59,526 nucleotides of DNA from a virus, in IMG/VR virus record IMGVR_UViG_3300037511_000322. One strand, written 5' to 3'. The translations under genes and the position numbers were made by a program. Positions 7,629-15,212 of this stretch are shown here, piece by piece (within the stretch, counting starts at the first letter, position 1; each line of letters begins with the position of its first letter). The notes under the pieces were generated by a model that worked only from the letters and a program-made list of their open reading frames with translations, ran no database searches and had not been told where the DNA came from.

Positions 7629-9700
7629 CACCGAAGCCGGCAGTCGATCTCAACAAAGCCCTGCGCATTATCTCGCGTGCGTGGGGTAAGCAGTCGGGGT
7701 ATTGCTTCTTCCCACACATCGATAGGGAAAAGCAGATCGAGACGGGGGAGCGCCGCGCTGGCTTCCATGAAAACCGAGCCTTCAAGTGGCCTCAGGAAAA
7801 GGCTGCCATCCTGGAACATATGGCCGAACACATCGGTCATGACCTGTACTGGTGTCCCAGTCTCTTCGAGACCCCAGACCGCCAAGCCGAAACTGCCATG
7901 GATGAGCATGCGCTCTGGGCAGATATGGATGAGGCTGACCCACGGATCCTCGAGGGCAACCAAGAGTTCAGGCCCACGGTAGCTTGGGAGTCCTCGCCCG
8001 GTCGATACCAGGCGCTTTGGCTCGGTAATCCCGAGATCGGAGACTTCCAGGGTGCGAGCTGGCCCGGCAATGAGAACCAGCGACTGACTTACTACCTCGG
8101 TGCTGACAAGTCTGGGTGGGATACTACTCAGCTGCTGCGTATTCCGGGCTGGCCAAACTGGAAGCCTGAATACCGGCGCAACGGTAAGCCTCGCATGGGC
8201 AAGCTCCTCTGGGAACGCGGCCCGATGTACGAGATGAGTGACTTCCAAGGCCTTCCCGAGGTCAAGGGCGCACTCACGATGGATAAGCTCGGCGAGGTCA
8301 TTGAGTCTGAGATCAATGCCATCGACCGAGCTAAGGTCATGACGCGGATAAAGCTGAAGCTCAATCAGCGTGCCCGCGATATGCTCTCTGCTCGACAGAT
8401 CAGCGGCGACCGCAGTGAGCAGCTGTGGTATCTCATCCGATGCCTGGCCGATGCTGGCTGCACGGTTCAGGAGATCGTGGCCGTCGTACGACCCTCGGTG
8501 TGGAACAAGTTCGAGGGACGGGCCGATGAGCTCAAGCGCCTCATCACCGAAGCGACGAAGGCTATCGATCAGCGCGATCCGGAAGTTACGGAAGCGATTG
8601 AGGAAGAACAGGCACCAAAGCCTCGCCCCCAACGACTCGCCGCCTTCCTCAAAGACGTCAAGCCGCCCAAGTGGCTGATCGATGGCATCGCCACGGAAGG
8701 CTCGGTTGGCTTCATCGCTGGCGCCCCCAAGTCCTTCAAGTCCTGGTGTGCCCTCGACATGGCGCTGAGTGTCGCCACTGGCAGCCTCTTTCTCGATTAC
8801 TTCCGAGTCATGAAGCCTGGCAGGGTCCTCTACATCCAGGAAGAGGACTCTGCGGTTACAGTCAAGAGCCGCACCAAGAAGATCTGGAAGGGCAAGAGCA
8901 CGGACAAGATGGTGCTGGATTCCGGCGTTGTCTACTGGGTACCCGGCTCCGATGAGGAGTTTGACCCCAACATCGATATCTACCTCATGGAAGGCTTCAC
9001 AGCCTCTGAGGGACACTGGCAGGAATGGCTCGACCAAACGCTGACCGAAGCTACTGCCGAGGACGCCCCCTATGTTCTTGTCATCGTCGACACTCTCATG
9101 AACGTAGCGGGTGATGTCGAAGAGAACAAGAGCCAGCAGATGACCACGAAGATCTTCAAGCCCATGAAGGTTCTCATGCGGAAGCACAACTGCGCTATGC
9201 GCTTCGTGCACCACATGGGCAAGGGCGGAGATGACAAGCGCGGTGGTCAGCGCATGCTGGGCGGTACGGCGAACCACGCATGGGCCGAGGACAGCCTCTA
9301 CATCAGCAGGGTAGAGAGCACCAAGGGCTTCACGGGTCAGATCAAGATGGAGTTCGAGTCCAAGTCCGCCCCCGGTGCTTACTACACCATCTCCGGCCTC
9401 GACAACCATGCCTGGACCCCCTACTTCGAACCCACCAAGCCCAAGGACGATCCCACACCAACGACGCCCGGGCGCAAGGTTCGCGACAAGCCCATGATGA
9501 GGGGTGACAAACACCCCATCGTGGAAATGCTCGAGCAGGGCGGCAGCTGGACTACCAAGGATATCGCCGAGCAGCTCAACCGCAACTACGCCAGTACCTA
9601 CAAAACGCTGCAAAGGCTCGAGGAGAAGGGTACCATCGCCCGCGCCGGCAAGGCCTGGCGAGCTACTGCCGAGGAGTCCGCGCCCGCGACGCGCGCATAA
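7619..9700 (+). CDS. AEP-type primase-polymerase fused to a RepA/AAA_25-type helicase, with a C-terminal winged helix
   Basis: 693 aa. N-terminal domain: ALWADMDEAD (D-x-D) and LLRIPGWPNWK (RxPG.N.K). Central domain: GAPKSFKSW (Walker A-like) and YVLVIVDTL (Walker B). Confidence 0.85.
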   Translation: MAVAPKPAVDLNKALRIISRAWGKQSGYCFFPHIDREKQIETGERRAGFHENRAFKWPQEKAAILEHMAEHIGHDLYWCPSLFETPDRQAETAMDEHALWADMDEADPRILEGNQEFRPTVAWESSPGRYQALWLGNPEIGDFQGASWPGNENQRLTYYLGADKSGWDTTQLLRIPGWPNWKPEYRRNGKPRMGKLLWERGPMYEMSDFQGLPEVKGALTMDKLGEVIESEINAIDRAKVMTRIKLKLNQRARDMLSARQISGDRSEQLWYLIRCLADAGCTVQEIVAVVRPSVWNKFEGRADELKRLITEATKAIDQRDPEVTEAIEEEQAPKPRPQRLAAFLKDVKPPKWLIDGIATEGSVGFIAGAPKSFKSWCALDMALSVATGSLFLDYFRVMKPGRVLYIQEEDSAVTVKSRTKKIWKGKSTDKMVLDSGVVYWVPGSDEEFDPNIDIYLMEGFTASEGHWQEWLDQTLTEATAEDAPYVLVIVDTLMNVAGDVEENKSQQMTTKIFKPMKVLMRKHNCAMRFVHHMGKGGDDKRGGQRMLGGTANHAWAEDSLYISRVESTKGFTGQIKMEFESKSAPGAYYTISGLDNHAWTPYFEPTKPKDDPTPTTPGRKVRDKPMMRGDKHPIVEMLEQGGSWTTKDIAEQLNRNYASTYKTLQRLEEKGTIARAGKAWRATAEESAPATRA

Positions 9701-9724
9701 GGAAAGTCATTCCGATGTCGCACA

Positions 9725-9754
9725 TTGACGTATCTCTACCAGGCTGTCAATATT
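9725..9754 (+). promoter_or_regulatory. possible promoter
   Basis: caTTGACG-N18-AATATT. The inverted half-site ACGTCAATG lies at 9765..9773. Confidence 0.45.
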
Positions 9755-9886
9755 TTACTGTCAAACGTCAATGTCTACATCGGTATCCTCTCGCATGCGC
9801 GTAAAATCACCCGCGTAAGCGAAAGAATTGAGCAGTAAGATACTTGTATCTTGCTTGCTGCCAAATCATCGAAGGAAAGGGCCCTC

Positions 9887-10177
9887 ATGGACGATAACGA
9901 CCCGATCGAAGCCCGCAACGAACGCCTCCTCAAACTCCGCACCGATGATCCAGTCGCCTGGGCCATCTGCCAGGGCAAGAGGGGCGGCCGCTCCATCTCC
10001 GAGTTCCTCAAGCGCGACAGGGACTGGGTGGATACCGAGCTCGACCGCTTGATCGCAGCTAAGGAGGTCAAGCGGGTAACCTACCGCAAGAGCTACAGCT
10101 ACCGTCCACACAGCCAGGAGATGAAGCGGTTGAGCCGCCGAGCCTACTCGCTGAGGAAAGAGGAGGAGGGCAACTAA
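9887..10177 (+). CDS. hypothetical protein (96 aa)
   Basis: Start at MDDNDP, after gaaggaaagg. Confidence 0.55.
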   Translation: MDDNDPIEARNERLLKLRTDDPVAWAICQGKRGGRSISEFLKRDRDWVDTELDRLIAAKEVKRVTYRKSYSYRPHSQEMKRLSRRAYSLRKEEEGN

Positions 10178-10264
10178 CCCTCCTGCGGTGACATCCATTG
10201 ACGTCGGGCGCCCTCGCTGGCGCTCGGCCCGCCGACAACAGTGTCTACCTTAGGGGGTAGAAAC

Positions 10265-10603
10265 ATGGACTGGTACGTAGCCGAAGGGGTATCCAACGAG
10301 GATGCCGCCTACCTCACACAACTGGACGAACTGAGGTCCGAACGACCCGTACTCTGGGCCCTCCTCCTCGGCCTCAAGACATCTGAATCCATCGCCAAGC
10401 ACATCTGCTGGCCTCACCACTGGGTCCTGGGCACCCTCCGCCAGTACAAAGAACAGGGCTTGGTGTGGGATCACGAGGGCCGCGCCTCGGTCATCTGGGA
10501 ATGGGAATCCTATTCCGACGATCTCTCCGAACTTCGACACTGGGTCATGCATCAAAAGCAACCCGGAGGCATCTTCCGCCAGATCAACAGGAATGATGAA
10601 TAG
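10265..10603 (+). CDS. hypothetical protein (112 aa)
   Basis: Start at MDWYVAEG, after a ggggg RBS. Confidence 0.55.
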   Translation: MDWYVAEGVSNEDAAYLTQLDELRSERPVLWALLLGLKTSESIAKHICWPHHWVLGTLRQYKEQGLVWDHEGRASVIWEWESYSDDLSELRHWVMHQKQPGGIFRQINRNDE

Positions 10604-10647
10604 CTGAGTACATTGCTGCCCCCGGCTGGCCGCGATAGGGTATTGCC

Positions 10648-10869
10648 ATGAACCGATACATCATCTTCGGCGCTGGTGGTGCCCTCGCAGCAGGTTTTCT
10701 GGCCTGGAACATCTGGCTGGGGGTAGTCATCGGACTGGTAGCTGCCATACTGACGACCCCAACAGGGTCCACCAAGCGGGTCATCATCGAGGACGTCACC
10801 ACGGGCGAGATCAAGATCCAGCCCAACGACAAGGCCACCCAGCGCTACATTGCTGGCCGAGGGGAATAA
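10648..10869 (+). CDS. small membrane protein (73 aa)
   Basis: Two hydrophobic segments: IIFGAGGALAAGFLAW and LGVVIGLVAAIL. Confidence 0.6.
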   Translation: MNRYIIFGAGGALAAGFLAWNIWLGVVIGLVAAILTTPTGSTKRVIIEDVTTGEIKIQPNDKATQRYIAGRGE

Positions 10870-10873
10870 CAAA

Positions 10874-11341
10874 GTGACGGACGCCCTAGACGACAAGGTA
10901 CGGTCCCGGCTCGCCGAGATTCGGGCTGCGGCTGGCGTGCCGCATGCTCAGGTCTCGCTGGATGTGCTCTACTTCCTTCCCGAGAAGTTCCTCAACGCCT
11001 ACCAGAATCTCTTCAGCAAGGCCCTGCGGGCTGACAGTGGAGAGGATCAGCGAGCCAGGTCTCAGCGGGAGGCCGGCGAGGTCGGCAAGGCAACCGGAGG
11101 CAGGACTGGCGGAAGTGCTCGGCGATACAAGAGGGCTTTCGTGGTGCTGGACGAACGGGCCCTGGATATCAAGACGCTGGTCGATAAGCGTCTCAGGTCG
11201 ATGGCTCGGGAAGTCGAGGCTATGATGGAGGGTGGGGTGCTGGGCAAGACCGAGTCTGCGCGCTGCCCTTCGTGTGGAGCCTTCGTTCAGGATCGCTGGA
11301 ACTACTGCCCTATGGAAGGCGCTCGCCTGTCGATCGATTAG
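10874..11341 (+). CDS. hypothetical protein with a C-terminal zinc ribbon
   Basis: GTG start 8 nt after GAGGGGA. CPSC...YCP at the C-terminus. Confidence 0.55.
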   Translation: MTDALDDKVRSRLAEIRAAAGVPHAQVSLDVLYFLPEKFLNAYQNLFSKALRADSGEDQRARSQREAGEVGKATGGRTGGSARRYKRAFVVLDERALDIKTLVDKRLRSMAREVEAMMEGGVLGKTESARCPSCGAFVQDRWNYCPMEGARLSID

Positions 11342-11441
11342 GGATAGGGTAGGGAATGAGGGCATCAGCTCGATATCGCGATTATCGTGAAGGCTGGTGC
11401 TCTTTTTCCTGTCGAGCTTAGGGGAATGGTAGGAGAAGAGC

Positions 11442-11642
11442 TTGATGCATGACGATCGATCGCGACTCGATTGGTATAACTGCAAGGAATGTGATGGCTT
11501 CTATACATGGTTCAGGGTGGAGATCATAGAAGGACTTGAGATGTATGGATGGCTGCATAAGCAGATGTATCCGGGCTGTAGCAGAATGAAGGAATTGAAC
11601 TGGAGTGACACTAGGGGTGAGGCCGGTGATGACAAGGTGTAA
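11442..11642 (+). CDS. hypothetical small protein in a low-GC region
   Basis: AGGAGAAG RBS. Its GC3 is clearly lower than in neighbouring genes. Confidence 0.4.
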   Translation: MMHDDRSRLDWYNCKECDGFYTWFRVEIIEGLEMYGWLHKQMYPGCSRMKELNWSDTRGEAGDDKV

Positions 11643-11762
11643 ATGACCGGGAAGGTGGGGACTGATGTCGGGGTGAGGCTGCCGGGATGGGCCGGGTACA
11701 AGGTGACGGTGGACCAGGTAAAGGACGTTGCAGTCTACTTCGGGTCCGGGTATCTTTTCTAG
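11643..11762 (+). CDS. possible 39-aa ORF (not in the ORF track)
   Basis: ATG directly follows the TAA of 11442..11642. Translation: MTGKVGTDVGVRLPGWAGYKVTVDQVKDVAVYFGSGYLF. Confidence 0.3.
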   Translation: MTGKVGTDVGVRLPGWAGYKVTVDQVKDVAVYFGSGYLF

Positions 11763-11871
11763 AACGTGGTTAATGGGGATGACTGCGGGGTGAATTGGGG
11801 ACTTCCACAGACTGCTGCGGAGCTGGAACACTGTTCAATCCACGGTTAAGACTCCGACTGGGGGGTAAAGT

Positions 11872-11924
11872 AACACTCCGGAGAGGACTCGGCCGCGTCG
11901 ACGGGGAACACTCCAGAGAGGACT
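11872..11924 (+). repeat. Two 18-nt direct repeats, AACACTCC(G/A)GAGAGGACT, 35 bp apart
   Basis: Copies at 11872..11889 and 11907..11924 differ at one base. Nearby repeats: TCCAGGATAA at 11943 and 12011, CTGGGAAAT at 11956 and 11978, and the palindrome CCAGGAtaatTCCTGG at 11944..11959. Confidence 0.8.
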
Positions 11925-12111
11925 ACAGGAGATTGGGATGAGTCCAGGATAATTCCTGGGAAATCTCCCAGAAAAGTCTGGGAAATTGCTGAGTTTGATC
12001 CCACGAAAACTCCAGGATAACTCCGTACATTCTCCTGCTCATCTCTAGTTCCTTCCTACAGGATTGAAGTAGGACAATGGCAGACTTAGCTGTCTTTTCC
12101 AGTAGATTCTA

Positions 12112-12187
12112 TGACGTCAATGTGACGTCAATGTGCTGACATAGCATGAGATTGACGTGAAGGTTGACACCTAAATTGACGTCAATG
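12112..12187. promoter_or_regulatory. Cluster of TGACGTCAATG sites (candidate operator array)
   Basis: TGACGTCAATG occurs in tandem at 12112..12122 and 12123..12133, and again at 12177..12187. TTGACG is at 12152 and TTGACA at 12164. The core TTGACGTCAA is a perfect palindrome. Confidence 0.6.
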
Positions 12188-12237
12188 TGATCTAACGCTG
12201 CTCGGCAAATTGCTCGTAAGGCACGTGATTTCCTTGT

Positions 12238-12597
12238 TTATTCCCGTCTCGTCCATTGCTTATTGCCCGGCCGAGGTTCAAACGTATCTGGTGCGCGCAG
12301 GTCGCATGTTCGGACGTGTGCGTGTATTGCCACGTAGCTGCTGGGCTTCTTTGGCTGGGAGACGGCGACCTCGTATCCGCTGAAACCGCCCGATACGTGG
12401 TGAAAACGGACATTGTACGCGTCCCACGCATAGGGGAGGAAGGGGCGGTTACAGTCAATCTTACCATTCCCGTCATACGGTCCAAACGGCACGGATCGGC
12501 CAATTGGCACGGAACAGACAGTCCACCCAAATCGGACATAGTTCCTGTGTCGCATATGACGTCCGTATCGCCGTGGGGGGCTCGGTGCATCGTGCAT
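12238..12597 (-). CDS. possible hypothetical protein, a lone reverse-strand ORF
   Basis: 119 aa. In a 60-nt sample its frame had the highest GC3 of the three overlapping ORFs. No family recognised. Confidence 0.35.
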   Translation of the reverse strand: MHDAPSPPRRYGRHMRHRNYVRFGWTVCSVPIGRSVPFGPYDGNGKIDCNRPFLPYAWDAYNVRFHHVSGGFSGYEVAVSQPKKPSSYVAIHAHVRTCDLRAPDTFEPRPGNKQWTRRE

Positions 12598-12793
12598 CGA
12601 CCCTCTAGGGGGGTCAGAGGGCTCCCTGAGGGGGTATGACGGGGCGATGCGAAGCTAGCTATCCGCCGTGCTGATCATGCCTCAGACCCCCCCTGGGGGG
12701 CGTCGACACTCCCCTATGCGCGCAGGGGCGCGCCCCTCCTGAGGGGGGCAAGGGGGTGGCATATTCGTCTTTGCCGTTGATCATGGTTTTGAC

Positions 12794-12822
12794 TTGACAG
12801 GGGGGCGCGGGGATGCGATGAT
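12794..12822 (+). promoter_or_regulatory. sigma70-type promoter for 12881..13342
   Basis: TTGACA-N17-GATGAT, followed by a leader carrying GAAGGACTGATCATCATG. Confidence 0.5.
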
Positions 12823-12880
12823 TATCTTGCAACGAACGAAGGGGGCACCGCCCCCCACGACACGCGAAGGACTGATCATC

Positions 12881-13342
12881 ATGGCAGGGACCGTTTACGA
12901 CACGACCACCCTCGCGGCTGCGATCATGGGCGACGACGCGATCGAGACCAACCGCAAGGGCGCGACCCGCACGCTGCGCAAGTTCCTGCGCACCGACTTC
13001 GCCGCCCGCGAGCTGCAGACGCCGGGCAAGGGGGGGCGCTACGCCATCGAGATGACGAAGCCCCAGCTCCGCGCGATGACGAAGCGCTTCGCGGAATGGG
13101 AGATCAAGCAGGAGGAAGAGCGCAAGGCACGCGCCGAAGCCCTTTCCGCCGCGAACGCGCCCAAGCCCGCCGAGACGCCCGAAGAGCCCATCGCCGACAC
13201 CACGCCCGAAACGGACATCGAGGACACCGAGCCCGAAGGGCCCACCGACGAGGAAATCGCCGCAATGCTCTCTGACGGGGACGAAAACTTCGATGAGGGA
13301 CACAGCGCCCAGGGCTACGAATTCGACACCAACAAGGACTGA
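12881..13342 (+). CDS. hypothetical protein, member 2 of the LRKF..G.GGRY paralog family, with an acidic tail
   Basis: Start at MAGTVYD, 9 nt after GAAGGA. It carries TLRKFLRTDFAARELQTPGKGGRYAI. Confidence 0.65.
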   Translation: MAGTVYDTTTLAAAIMGDDAIETNRKGATRTLRKFLRTDFAARELQTPGKGGRYAIEMTKPQLRAMTKRFAEWEIKQEEERKARAEALSAANAPKPAETPEEPIADTTPETDIEDTEPEGPTDEEIAAMLSDGDENFDEGHSAQGYEFDTNKD

Positions 13343-13542
13343 CCGCCCATAACACCCGCTGCCCCCCGAAAGGGGGGTTAGTGGTGTAAATCGGACATTT
13401 GCCGCGTATCACGATATCTCGGCCGACGGCGTATACGGCGTTTTGAGGGCCCTATCCTCGACGCCTCAATGCTAGCATTCCACGTCGACCGATCATGCCC
13501 CACACGGGCATACAGGGCTTTGTAACAATGCGCGCCCCCGCC

Positions 13543-13571
13543 TTGACACTGCATGGTGTGGGGGGTATGAT
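13543..13571 (+). promoter_or_regulatory. consensus promoter, leaderless configuration
   Basis: cgccTTGACA-N17-TATGAT-tggggc-ATG(13578). Confidence 0.7.
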
Positions 13572-13577
13572 TGGGGC

Positions 13578-13874
13578 ATGAACAAAAACGATGCACGCGA
13601 CGCCCTCACCACCCTCCGCCTCGCGCACACCTCCATCGGGGGCACCGCGACGACGATCAGCGACTTCCTCGAAGACCCCGCCGCCTTCTCCTCCCCGACC
13701 GTGATCGACGCGATGACGAAGCTGATCAACTCCCTCGACGAACCCGACAACTGCGACATCACCGCCATTCTCGAACTGATCACCCCCTTCGAGCCCGATC
13801 TTGCCGAAGAGATCGCGAATCGCGAAGAGCTCTGCCCCTCCTGCTTCTCCGATATCGAGATCTGCGACTGCTGA
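13578..13874 (+). CDS. hypothetical acidic protein (98 aa), leaderless
   Basis: The ATG lies 6 nt after TATGAT. CPSC..C.C at the C-terminus. Confidence 0.6.
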   Translation: MNKNDARDALTTLRLAHTSIGGTATTISDFLEDPAAFSSPTVIDAMTKLINSLDEPDNCDITAILELITPFEPDLAEEIANREELCPSCFSDIEICDC

Positions 13875-13989
13875 CCCGAGGGGGGCGCTGATGCGCCCTC
13901 TAAGGGCGTTGCGCGGGATGTCGTATGCTAGCATACGCTGGTGTGGGATACCGCCCTCGCACGGCGTTAAAATCGCTTGCTCCGTCGCC

Positions 13990-14018
13990 TTGACATGGCA
14001 TCCCGCCTCCCCTAAGAT
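13990..14018 (+). promoter_or_regulatory. consensus promoter, leaderless configuration
   Basis: cgccTTGACA-N17-TAAGAT-aaaggc-ATG(14025). Confidence 0.7.
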
Positions 14019-14024
14019 AAAGGC

Positions 14025-14342
14025 ATGACAAACCACCGCAACTGCCTCCACCCCGCGACCTCCTCCGGCCGCGCGAAGTGCCGCAGGGAACGGGCCCAGG
14101 AGGCTGCCTACCGCGCTGAGGCCGAGGCCGAGCTCGCTCCCCTCCTCGCCCTGAAGGCTGCGCGGGACGCCTGGTACAGCCTCTCCAACTCCCTTCCCGA
14201 GGCCATTGCGACCTCTGCCTCGGCGAACGCCGACGACACCTCGCTCGAGGAGGGGTTCGAGGTCGACTCCCTCGCCTGGTTCGAATGCGCGATGATGACG
14301 GCCCAGCGCATCCTTGACACGACCCCCGCCGACGAGGTATGA
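14025..14342 (+). CDS. hypothetical protein, C-x-HP..CR motif family (paralog of 4996..5607), leaderless
   Basis: MTNHRNCLHPATSSGRAKCRRE, and SANADDTSLEEGF shared with 4996..5607. Confidence 0.6.
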   Translation: MTNHRNCLHPATSSGRAKCRRERAQEAAYRAEAEAELAPLLALKAARDAWYSLSNSLPEAIATSASANADDTSLEEGFEVDSLAWFECAMMTAQRILDTTPADEV

Positions 14343-14343
14343 T
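14314..14343 (+). promoter_or_regulatory. consensus promoter, leaderless configuration
   Basis: atccTTGACA-N18-TATGAT-cctagc-ATG(14350). It lies inside the 3' end of 14025..14342. Confidence 0.65.
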
Positions 14344-14349
14344 CCTAGC

Positions 14350-14583
14350 ATGACGAAGACGATGAATCACACGAACTGCGCGCACCCCGCGACTAAGGCC
14401 GCGCGCCGCACCTGCCGCGAACTGCGCCGCTCCGCTGCCTACTCCGATTCTGCCGCGCGCGATGAGATCCGCGCCGCATATGAGGCCGGAGTTGACGCCG
14501 CGATCATCCTGGGAATGATCTACGCCATCGGCCTTGACATCGACGACGATGCCGACCTTGAGGAGATCATCGCTTCGCTCTAA
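14350..14583 (+). CDS. hypothetical protein, C-x-HP..T..AR..CR motif family, leaderless
   Basis: The promoter sets the start at MTKTMNHTNCAHPATKAARRTCRE. The ORF-track start at 14314 would include the promoter itself. Confidence 0.6.
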   Translation: MTKTMNHTNCAHPATKAARRTCRELRRSAAYSDSAARDEIRAAYEAGVDAAIILGMIYAIGLDIDDDADLEEIIASL

Positions 14584-14602
14584 TTCCCCGGGGGGCGATG
14601 CC

Positions 14603-14631
14603 TTGACACCGCCCCCCTAACGGGGTATGAT
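14603..14631 (+). promoter_or_regulatory. consensus promoter for 14670..14951
   Basis: tgccTTGACA-N17-TATGAT, followed by a leader of about 32 nt carrying GAAGGGACTGATCATCATG. Confidence 0.65.
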
Positions 14632-14669
14632 TACAAGGTAATCGCGACTCGACGAAGGGACTGATCATC

Positions 14670-14951
14670 ATGACCCGCACACACATCATCGCCGCCGACG
14701 GAACCCGCTTCGTGCAGGTGGGGCAGGGGGCGCGCATGACCCGCCGCATCCTCGCCGCCGCCTTCCTGATCATCACCGCGCTCTTCCTCTCCGCCGCCGT
14801 GATCGGCTTGCATCGCGCCGAGATCGCGCCGGCGACCCCCTCCCACACCGACATGACGACCCTGCGCAACGCCGAACGCGCGCACGGCAAGGGGAATTGC
14901 GCCCTCGAATGGAACGAAACCCAGAACGCCTTCGAAGTAATCTGCAGCTGA
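14670..14951 (+). CDS. single-pass membrane protein (93 aa)
   Basis: TM segment ILAAAFLIITALFLSAAVIGL. Confidence 0.6.
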   Translation: MTRTHIIAADGTRFVQVGQGARMTRRILAAAFLIITALFLSAAVIGLHRAEIAPATPSHTDMTTLRNAERAHGKGNCALEWNETQNAFEVICS

Positions 14952-15002
14952 CACCCCCTCTCTGCCCCTCGCCCTGCGCGGGGGGCATCGCCGTGTATAC
15001 AT

Positions 15003-15212
15003 ATGCATCCCTATGCGCCGGGGGCATATATGCGGGGGTATGATGCATGCATCCCTTCCCATATCATATCGGTTGATTCTATCCTTATCCCCCTTATCCT
15101 ATGCATATGATGCGGGGCGCGATGATTGCGCATAATATCCCCCTCGATATGGTATGGGTATGATCCCCCATTGCATCCCCCTTATCCCATGCATGATGGT
15201 ATGGATGCATCC
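15003..15212. repeat. Motif-dense non-coding stretch: ATGCAT x6, CCTTATCC x3, TATGAT x3
   Basis: ATGCAT at 15003, 15043, 15047, 15101, 15189 and 15205. CCTTATCC at 15083, 15092 and 15180. TATGAT at 15039, 15106 and 15159. No convincing ORF here. Confidence 0.8.

Noticed and set aside
7433-9613. 726-aa ORF on the minus strand, antisense to the primase-helicase gene. Similar long antisense ORFs lie at 368..1246, 23335..24489, 24551..26338, 27605..29056, 56200..57402 and 46234..47004.
   Set aside because: These are typical high-GC shadow ORFs. Their products are Arg/Gly/Leu/Val-rich and low in complexity. They lie opposite genes with clear motifs and strong third-position GC bias, and they have no RBS or promoter.
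11872-12020. Possible mini CRISPR array or retron-like repeats
   Set aside because: There are only two copies of an 18-nt repeat, plus several unrelated 9-10-mers. There is no regular repeat-spacer periodicity, no cas gene and no reverse transcriptase in the genome.
12256-12639. Plus-strand ORF (127 aa), and the alternative minus-strand ORF 12192..12590
   Set aside because: In the sampled segment both have lower third-position GC than the 12238..12597 minus frame, and their translations are less protein-like. All three remain uncertain.
14964-14983. Possible terminator after 14670..14951 (CCCCTCGC-cct-GCGCGGGG)
   Set aside because: The stem has a mismatch, the loop is only 3 nt, and there is no U-tract. 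It is too weak to list as a feature.
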